A stretch of DNA of 63,087 nt, filler included, from Octopus bimaculoides (taxonomy: Eukaryota), in the NCBI RefSeq assembly GCF_001194135.2. It is 4 parts of 4 records of this genome, joined end to end, with 100 filler letters (N's around TTAATTAATTAA, not from the genome) between each part and the next. Parts side by side here need not be neighbours in the genome. Positions count along the whole stretch, not along the records: positions 29,793 to 55,057 come from NC_069003.1; positions 55,158 to 57,626 come from NC_068999.1; positions 57,727 to 63,087 come from NC_068996.1; 1 more part is not named here. One strand, written 5' to 3'. The notes under the pieces were generated by a model. The model did no database searches, was not told the origin of the DNA, and saw only the letters and a program-made list of their open reading frames with translations. How positions within the stretch are numbered: position 1 is the stretch's first letter; the number at the start of each line of letters is the position of its first letter. This document shows positions 54,787 to 63,087 of this stretch, in pieces. The translations under genes were made by a program, and so were the position numbers.

Positions 54787-55057
54787 GTGCAGATTTGTAT
54801 GTTTTATGTATGTATTCTCATGTATATAGTTGCATATCTAGACATGTTCATATATATTTAAATGATAAACTTCTGGAAAGTTTTACAGATTTTTACTGTT
54901 CCAGTGATGGATTGGATCTGTAGCTGTCGAATTAGCTTTTTCCTTTCTGGTTTTGAGAAGCCTAATTTCTCAAGATTGGTATTTAGGCAGTGTGTTACAT
55001 ATCCTATCGCCTCAATAATTACAGGTATAAACCTGAACTTGTAATCTGGAGTATGTA
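54640..55057 (-). mobile_element. R4/Dong-like (REL endonuclease) LINE 3' end, well preserved
   Basis: Open frame 55056-54858: HTPDYKFRFIPVIIEAIGYVTHCLNTNLEKLGFSKPERKKLIRQLQIQSITGTVKICKTFQKFII*. A 3' UTR with (CATA)n follows, ending aagaaatcttgaaataaa. It is cut by the linker at 55058. Confidence 0.8.
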
Positions 55058-55157
55058 NNNNNNNNNNNNNNNNNNNNNNNNNNNNNNNNNNNNNNNNNNN
55101 NTTAATTAATTAANNNNNNNNNNNNNNNNNNNNNNNNNNNNNNNNNNNNNNNNNNNN
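55058..55157. other. Artificial 100-bp scaffold linker
   Basis: N44-TTAATTAATTAA-N44. Confidence 0.95.
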
Positions 55158-55481
55158 GTGTGTGTGTGTGTGTGTAAATATATATGATTATATGTATGTG
55201 TATGTATTTATATATATGTATATATATATAAGTATGTATACACATATATATGTATGTATGCATATATATATATGATTGTATGCATATATATATATATATA
55301 TATCTACTATTGGTTCTTATTCGTTTTACTGTAAAAAAAATGGTATAGAATTATTTAAAAGTCTAGAAATCACATTATTGTGCCTGTTACAATAAAGATT
55401 ATCCAATATGAACAGAATTAAATAGAATTAAATACACTGACATTGCTCAATATTTCCTGTTTTCCTTTTTTGCGCCCGCAG

Positions 55482-55503
55482 GACACAGCAGCTACCAGAT
55501 GAG
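55482..55503 (+). CDS. Candidate 22-nt micro-exon
   Basis: Acceptor tttcctgttttccttttttgcgcccgcag, exon gacacagcagctaccagatgag, donor gtaatg. Confidence 0.25.
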
Positions 55504-57284
55504 GTAATGATGATTAAACCGGTATTGAATTATATTCTGCAGTTATTTCGGTGCGCCAAATCAAATTCGTTCTATTCACGTGTTATTTGAGGAATTGTCT
55601 CGGCAAATTTTGAATTGTGTTCAAATTCAGTGACGTTGCAGGCTGCAACACTGGGATTTGAACTCTTTCCTGCTGAAGAGCGTTTGGCTATAGATTCCTA
55701 GTACCATTGAGCAATAAATAATCACACCTTTTGAACTACAAAAATTCTAGGGACCGTCTCCTTCACAGTCGTTCTGCTATACAGGTTTCCAGGTATTCGG
55801 CTAAGTCATCTTCGAAATGATCCTTGCGCAAACCTAACCGTTTCCGATATTGTCTTGAATATTTCCAGCATAGATACATTGAGTACCAGTCATATGGAGG
55901 AGGCAGTTTCAACATTTATTCACTGCTATAAAATATGGTCTCGTGCCAGCCACGACCCACCCTGCTGTCTTAAAAATGGAAGTCTCACTGGACAGTGTCT
56001 TTCCTAGTAAACACAAGCACAAGGAAGAAATACAGACAAGATCGTCATGGCTAGTCCGCCTATCATTATAAATTTCCTCGAATACGAACTGACTTCGACA
56101 GAAGCAGTCACAACAACACCAGCCACTATTTTGTATATTTCCAAGATTGGAATAGAACGAATTTCCGCATCGTGATTTTCTTTTCCTGTAAATATACCAA
56201 AAACAAAAAAAAAAGAAGTGATTTTATGTAGACAATTCAAATAGAGATAAATTGTAACGCGGTAAAGTATATAAAAAGAAAACAACACCAAGATATTGAG
56301 TACGTCGTAGATAAATAAATTTCTTTATCCTTCATCACTTGATCACATTACATTTCTTTCCAATAACGGATTTTCCTACAACGGCATCGTAGTCTCCGTT
56401 GCAGCTGTCCATGTCACGCCATACAAACATTATAGAGTTCAAGAGCAGCAGTTATGATGTCGACGTTTTGATACCTGACGCCAATCATCATAATACATAT
56501 ATAACTTTTTACCAATACTCAGATATTTTCCAATCCTCCATGTCAGCTAACATTTTCTCAACTACAACTCTATGCTCTCCAGCGCCGTTGACTGTTCGCC
56601 AATACAAGAAGCTGCGCCTGAAAATCTCAAGGGAGTCACAAAACATTGTGAAATTTAGTCCGAACATCCTGTATATAACCAAAGACGTCCCAACCGGGAA
56701 CAGCCTGTCATATATTGTCGACCGCTGTTGCTCTGTTTACATCCCCGTATATTAGATAGAATAAGTACGAGGTTTTAAAAATTTCGATATTGGTATCGAT
56801 TAGATTGACTAAAACTCTTCAAGAGAGAGCTACAGCATGGCCGCAAGACCGTTTTCAAAATCTACAAGTCTAGTCTCCAAAAATATAGCAAGTTATATGA
56901 CAATGGTCCACAGCACAATAGCAATGGCGATGGTAGTAAACTGACCGTTGGGCAACTGGAGTAAATGTCATTAGGATTCGTCTAGAAGTCTTCTTTGAGA
57001 TCGCGTGCACAAGCCATGAGTGATTATGAGCTTTCATTAGAAACATGGCAAACATACCATTAGGGGTGAGCTTAAAGCTCTTACTTCTTCATAGATTAAA
57101 GTTTGGCTCCACAGAGGACGATGCCGGGAGCCACAAGTATGCACGCACGCACATACACACACACACGCACAGGCAAACACATATTTATATACAGAGAGAG
57201 AGAGAGAGAGAGCCTTGTATGTATGTGTATATATATATGTTTGTGTGTGTATGTATATATGTATGTATGTGATTGGTCAGTTTT

Positions 57285-57430
57285 AGTCCAAGATTTCTTG
57301 TCAATAGAGAAAAATCCGGTTTCCAGCCTAGATCCATGGCTCCTTCACTGGAATTTCAACATCAACAACAGTGTATGTATGTATGTATGTATGTATGTAT
57401 GTATGTATGTATGTATGTATGTATGTTTGT
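57285..57430 (-). mobile_element. Solo 3' UTR of the R4/Dong-like LINE
   Basis: caagatttcttgtcaatagagaaaaatccggtttccagcctagatccatggctccttcactggaatttcaacatcaacaaca(gtat)n matches 54660-54780. Confidence 0.85.
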
Positions 57431-57569
57431 ATAATCATTTCCATTTTGCTGGTTGTTCTTGAGAAAATATGAACATTTCAGTCTACGTGATGCATTTAGT
57501 CCTTTCTGTGGAATAATATTTCTTGTTCTGAGTTGCTATCAAAGCATTATATTTTAGGTAATATAACAT

Positions 57570-57626
<57 letters not shown>

Positions 57627-57726
57627 NNNNNNNNNNNNNNNNNNNNNNNNNNNNNNNNNNNNNNNNNNNNTTAATTAATTAANNNNNNNNNNNNNNNNNN
57701 NNNNNNNNNNNNNNNNNNNNNNNNNN
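57627..57726. other. Artificial 100-bp scaffold linker
   Basis: N44-TTAATTAATTAA-N44. Confidence 0.95.
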
Positions 57727-58045
57727 CTTAGAAATATTAATAACTCTATTTCTGAAAACCAGTGGATAGATTCCACTGAAATTAGATAAATAACCTTCGA
57801 ACAGACAGTCAGTAGCGCCGCCTGGCTGGAGCTTGGCTGCTCTGCATTGACAAGGGGCAACACCCTGAAACTAGTTTGCAGATGCCAAACCAGCAAGGGG
57901 AAACTGCTGACCTCCCCTGTTCGAAGGTTATAAAGGACACAGGTTTCGTGTGTCACATAGCTAGCTAGAGGCGATGGCTTCTTGGAGCTAATTCACGGCA
58001 GCTTTCGTCCTAATTTTGGGACTGCCATGTTGGCTTGGCGATAAC
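57727..58045. mobile_element. Second copy of the TIR/hammerhead element (left arm cut off by the linker)
   Basis: Colinear with 234-550; ends ggcttggcgataac|tatatata. Confidence 0.9.
57841..57882 (+). ncRNA. Minimal type I hammerhead motif, U3:A8 variant
   Basis: TCTGCA [TTGACAA] GGGG caaca CCCT [GAAA] C ta GT [T] TGCAGA. Perfect 6-bp stem I and palindromic ACTAGT. Confidence 0.72.
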
Positions 58046-59149
58046 TATATATATATACATATATATATATCCACGGTTTATGAAAATATTTGCTTTAAAG
58101 TTGACCACAGTGTGATAGCGTCGGCTAGACCGCCCTAGTTTACATTAATGGACATTTGAGATCAATCATACGTTCAGTTTACAACAATAAATATTAATTA
58201 ATTAAAATAACATGTATCAAAGCATTATATGTGAAAATCAAACCGGCTTATTTAATGAAGCAATTACATTGTGTGATGTCTATAAATACCAAATGCGCTA
58301 TATGCCATACATATTAAAAGAAAAGCCAAATATAAGACTTCTGAAATGAAGAGATGGCGATTAAGATTCATTTGTTCAGAACTGTCCGATGTTCCACTGC
58401 GTTGGTCTAAATCATTAAGATTAATATGCATATACATTAAGTATGACTATATACTCACATTTGCGCACTAACAAACCGTTAATTGAATAAGCAGTCATCG
58501 AAAAAATATTTATGCAAATCAGCTTAACCTGTCTACTGAAGTCACTATATTTCATGCTATAACGGGCCGCTCCTCTCCCGATCAGAGGCGGCCGTATGAA
58601 TTGTTTTTGCGACGAATGTACGGTGCGAAGTGGGCCACTTTTGGTAGCATTTCATGCTATAAATGATCTCTAAAAATTAATCATCTACATAAATCACCTT
58701 TCGCGTAAGATAAGTATCTTTGATTTCTGATGTCTTAGTTAGCCACTTCCGTTTGAAACCAAGTAAAGTTTGAATTTCTTTTTCTCTCTGTGAAGGTGCA
58801 GTGATTGGTATTTGTTTCTAAAACCTGTTTAATATAATAGGCACTTAAAATATCTCATACAGGACTTTAAAATACAAATTAGACTACTTGGTTGTCATCA
58901 AAGAGTAGCGCCCCTGAATTTATAGTTTTCTGTACGAGAATCTCGGCGAATTCACGAGTTTTAGTGCTTAGGCAAAAAATGAGGCGAACACCTTTCCTCC
59001 ATGTGATCGTCTCGAAAAATTGTTATGATGCTAAGATATTATCCCTTAACATGAAACCAATGGTTACTTTAGTACACAAGTAAAGAAACTCTATCCACCA
59101 ATGCAGTATTGACCACTTACTCTCATCGTTCGACATGTACGTGTGTGTG

Positions 59150-59208
<59 letters not shown>

Positions 59209-59571
59209 AGCAGCAGGTTGCAATATTTCACTAAAAAGGAGAATTATAATTGTCACTAAATGTGACTAAGGTGTTAAAAAACACCTACATTGCTAGAAGT
59301 AAGAGCTAAAATGCTTTAATGCTGTACATCAGGCTTAACTGTTGAGCCAGAGGAAACTGGCGAAACTGTCAGTATTAAGAATTCTCAATCGGCACTTTTT
59401 TTCGGATGATTCAGGTCCCTGTTTGTATGTATGTTTTCATTCATGTGCTTTGACTCCATCACTAGGGCACTTTAGCTCTTATTTTTAGCAAAGTAGGTGT
59501 TTCTTAATGCCCTAGTATACACACACACACACACACACATACACACACACACACACATACATATATATATT

Positions 59572-59862
59572 ACGGAGTTGTACTTGCATAGCAAGTGACC
59601 TGATCTGAGATCGTGTGCTGAAACAAAAACAATTGCAGCGTGGAANNNNNNNNNNAGCAAGTGACCTGATCTGAGATCGTGTGCTGAAACAAAAACAATT
59701 GCAGCGTGGAAGGTGTTTATAAGCCATTTAAGAAACACAAAAAACGTTAGATTCACTTCAACATTTAAATTTAATTTGCCAAAAATATTTTCATCACTTT
59801 GAGACCGCGACCTGTTCACTGACAAAATTGTGCTGCATCTGAGAAAGTAATAGTTCGTTCAT
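59572..59862 (-). mobile_element. Short non-coding dispersed element between (TA)n runs, with an HHR near its minus-strand 5' end
   Basis: A complex sequence block bounded by TA microsatellites. The internal duplication across the 10-N gap looks artefactual. Only one clear copy is in the window. Confidence 0.5.
59775..59826 (-). ncRNA. Minimal type I hammerhead motif, G3:C8 variant
   Basis: Minus strand: TTTGTCA [GTGAACA] g GTCGC ggtctcaaa GTGAT [GAAA] A ta TT [T] t TGGCAAA. Stem I is 7 bp, stem II is 5 bp with two G.U pairs consistent with CpG decay, and stem III AATATT is palindromic. Confidence 0.62.
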
Positions 59863-60250
59863 GATATATATATATATATATATATACGTACGTATGTATG
59901 TATGTTTGTTTGTATGTATGTATGTATGTATGTATGTATGTATGTATGTATGCATGCATGTATGTATGTATGTATGTATGTAGGTATGTATGCATGTGTG
60001 TATGTATGAATGTATGTATGCATGCATGCATGCATGTATGTATGATTGTATGTATGCATGTATGTATGTATGAATGTATGTATGTATGCATGTATGTATG
60101 TCTGTATGTACGTATGTATGTACATATGCATGTGTGTGTACATGCGTCTGCATGCGTGCATGCCTATACGCCTTTATGTATGTATGTACGTATGTACGTG
60201 TCTGCGTGTGTGTACACGTGTAAATACATGTGAACGTATGTTTATGTACT
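59860..60250. repeat. (TATG)n/(TGCA) degenerate tetranucleotide array
   Basis: Directly visible; it is the source of several spurious ORFs. Confidence 0.9.
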
Positions 60251-60316
60251 GATATGCGTCTGTTCAAGTTGTATACATGACTGTTACTTTGTCGAAGGTT
60301 GTATACACACACATAT

Positions 60317-60373
<57 letters not shown>

Positions 60374-61098
60374 NNNNNNNNNNNNNNNNNNNNNNNNNNN
60401 NNNNNNNNNNNNNNNNNNNNNNNNNNNNNNNNNNNNNNNNNNNNNNNNNNNNNNNNNNNNNNNNNNNNNNNNNNNNNNNNNNNNNNNNNNNNNNNNNNNN
60501 NNNNNNNNNNNNNNNNNNNNNNNNNNNNNNNNNNNNNNNNNNNNNNNNNNNNNNNNNNNNNNNNNNNNNNNNNNNNNNNNNNNNNNNNNNNNNNNNNNNN
60601 NNNNNNNNNNNNNNNNNNNNNNNNNNNNNNNNNNNNNNNNNNNNNNNNNNNNNNNNNNNNNNNNNNNNNNNNNNNNNNNNNNNNNNNNNNNNNNNNNNNN
60701 NNNNNNNNNNNNNNNNNNNNNNNNNNNNNNNNNNNNNNNNNNNNNNNNNNNNNNNNNNNNNNNNNNNNNNNNNNNNNNNNNNNNNNNNNNNNNNNNNNNN
60801 NNNNNNNNNNNNNNNNNNNNNNNNNNNNNNNNNNNNNNNNNNNNNNNNNNNNNNNNNNNNNNNNNNNNNNNNNNNNNNNNNNNNNNNNNNNNNNNNNNNN
60901 NNNNNNNNNNNNNNNNNNNNNNNNNNNNNNNNNNNNNNNNNNNNNNNNNNNNNNNNNNNNNNNNNNNNNNNNNNNNNNNNNNNNNNNNNNNNNNNNNNNN
61001 NNNNNNNNNNNNNNNNNNNNNNNNNNNNNNNNNNNNNNNNNNNNNNNNNNNNNNNNNNNNNNNNNNNNNNNNNNNNNNNNNNNNNNNNNNNNNNNNNN

Positions 61099-61135
<37 letters not shown>

Positions 61136-61394
61136 TTATATGTATATATAGATGCATATACACAATATATACATATATCTACGCACATACTCATACGTGC
61201 ATGCATGTACACACTCATGAACACAAATTATACTCACACAACCCATACACACGCACGCTAAAATACAAATACATCTACACATACGTATTAATCTATTAAC
61301 ACTCATACGATTGTATATATCTACATGTATGTATTTCAGTATCATGCATCATACGGATTTCTACATTTAAATGAGAGAAAGGGGTGATTATAGA

Positions 61395-61720
61395 TGGGTA
61401 CTCCCGAGTAGATCTTGGGTGTTACCCCATTCGGATTTACAGTTGAGGGTGGGTTTGTATTCTTGTACAGACAGCTTCAGTGACTTGTCTCAGCATTGCA
61501 TCAGTAGGGTGCATAGATAAGATACCTAATCTAAGTTTCAATAAGGAGCGATTGCGGAAGTCTACAGCATGTAGATAAAAAATGGAGGGTTCTTTTTTCA
61601 ATGCAGTTGTCCAGGTGTTCTTTGAACACCTATCATTGATGTTCCTAGAAGTCTCACCAATATATGACTCTGGGATAATCGCGCAAGCCCTTTCTTGGCA
61701 CTTAATCTGGTACACGGTGT
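61395..61720 (-). mobile_element. Penelope-like GIY-YIG endonuclease fragment
   Basis: YQIKCQ...SYIGETSRNINDR...DAMLRQVTEAVC..., then, after a frameshift, NCKSEWGN. Confidence 0.85.
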
Positions 61721-61815
61721 TTTTCTTTTTTCAGTTCATACGTGGGTTTGTAGAACACTGCACAATTATTCTGACACGTGATTCTATCAAATGGGTATGA
61801 TTTACATAATACAGA

Positions 61816-61915
<100 letters not shown>

Positions 61916-62693
61916 GGAACGTTACTTTTCATTTGAAACCACCGAGATATAATACGATTTCAGATCAATTTTCTATATTCCTGTCTGGCAAAGACAACAA
62001 CCGAGATATGAACTAGTTCAAAATTTCAAAGTATCGTAAAAAAGAAAAACAACGTTTCCCTTGATATATATTTAAAATTATCCATGCACGTTGTTTCGTA
62101 TAGTAATTAATTTAACAGGCCACTGAAGATAATAATCGATATATTGAAGTCAGAAAATGTAGTGTTTATCAATATATTTGTAGCACAGTTTTTGTCAGTC
62201 AACAGGGCGCAGATTCGAGCGAAGAAGGTTTGACACCATTATTGTAAATAAATGTTCACGTGACATTAACAGTCTTTGTGTGTTTCTGAATGCCTAAACT
62301 ATGTCCTCCATATTGCAATCGTTTTAGTTTCAGTAAAGGATTTCAAACCAAAAGACTAGCTATGCAAGTGCATATCTGCAATATCTTTGTATATTTCTTC
62401 TTCAACAGTTGAATTAAGAGGCTCACCTCAGAAGAGAAATGCTCTTCTGTGTTTTTTTTTCTTTATTAACTCCTATGGAATAGAAAGTAATTTGAGAAAG
62501 AAAGAAGCGAAAAGAACACGTGACTGAAGAATAGTGAAAACACAATTTCCACTCGGCCGAATATGTTGCAAGGTTCACAGACTATAGCTGGAAATCTGCA
62601 GTTACCAAGTGGTACCTAAGATATCGGAAAGGCCAATCGAAAGGTTTTCATGAGGATGCGTAGATGGCGCTCTTAAAGGATTTGGGTATATAA

Positions 62694-62721
<28 letters not shown>

Positions 62722-62724
<3 letters not shown>

Positions 62725-62990
62725 TACAAATGGGAAAGGCCAGTTTATAGGATTACCTTAGGTTTCCCGTCCATAAAGGGTTTAGCTATATGACGTATTG
62801 TTAGATCTCAAAACCCCTTTAAAATGTGGAGGAGGAAATGCCTCACAACTCAAGGGCATTTCCCCCTCCATATTTGGATGAGGTCTTGGGCCAACAGGTT
62901 TTGGAATCTGACGATACGCCATAAAGCTAAACCCTTTATAGACGGGAAACCTAAGGGAATCCCATAAACCGGTCTTCCCCATTTTTAATA
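62722..62990. mobile_element. Fold-back (MITE-like) palindromic element next to (TA)n
   Basis: 62722-62815 is the reverse complement of about 62897-62990 (tattacaaatgggaaaggccagtttataggattaccttaggtttcccgtccataaagggtttagc...). The spacer has its own hairpin ggaggaggaaatgcc / ggcatttccccctcc. Confidence 0.85.
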
Positions 62991-63044
62991 TATACTGCAC
63001 TACATCTTAGAGTGTACTTCTTTCGGATTTATGTCTTTTACAAA

Positions 63045-63087
<43 letters not shown>

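Noticed and set aside
59590-59711. 56-bp direct duplication around a 10-N gap
   Set aside because: Typical unmerged contig overlap, not a biological tandem repeat.

Overview
Non-coding, AT-rich, gap-rich animal genomic DNA with very dense (TA)n/(CA)n/(CT)n/(TACA)n microsatellites. The repeat content suggests a coleoid cephalopod such as Octopus (inference, not verified). No intact host gene is recognisable: one candidate internal exon (10303-10419) and one candidate micro-exon (55482-55503) are the only gene-like signals, and nearly all long ORFs in the track are N-runs or microsatellite translations. Much of the unique-looking sequence is decayed mobile DNA that I translated by hand: Tc1, mariner, hAT and Helitron remnants; RTE, CR1-like, L1/Tx1-like, HERO-like and R4/Dong-like LINE fragments; Penelope-like (GIY-YIG) relics; and at least three SINE families. 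Three N44-TTAATTAATTAA-N44 linkers indicate the window is four artificially joined pieces. The main discovery is a set of minimal type I hammerhead ribozyme (HHR) motifs in several unrelated short repeat families. Four families have, or reconstruct to, a palindromic stem III (ACGT, ACTAGT, AATATT, ACTTCGAAGT), the signature of dimer-acting minimal HHRs. Together they show three different pairings at the catalytic 3-8 base pair: C3:G8, U3:A8 and G3:C8. One family sits inside a TA-flanked element with ~145-bp terminal inverted repeats (71-550, second copy 57727-58045). A second fold-back element (62722-62990) carries an HHR-like motif in each arm. All folds were deduced by eye and none is shown to be active.
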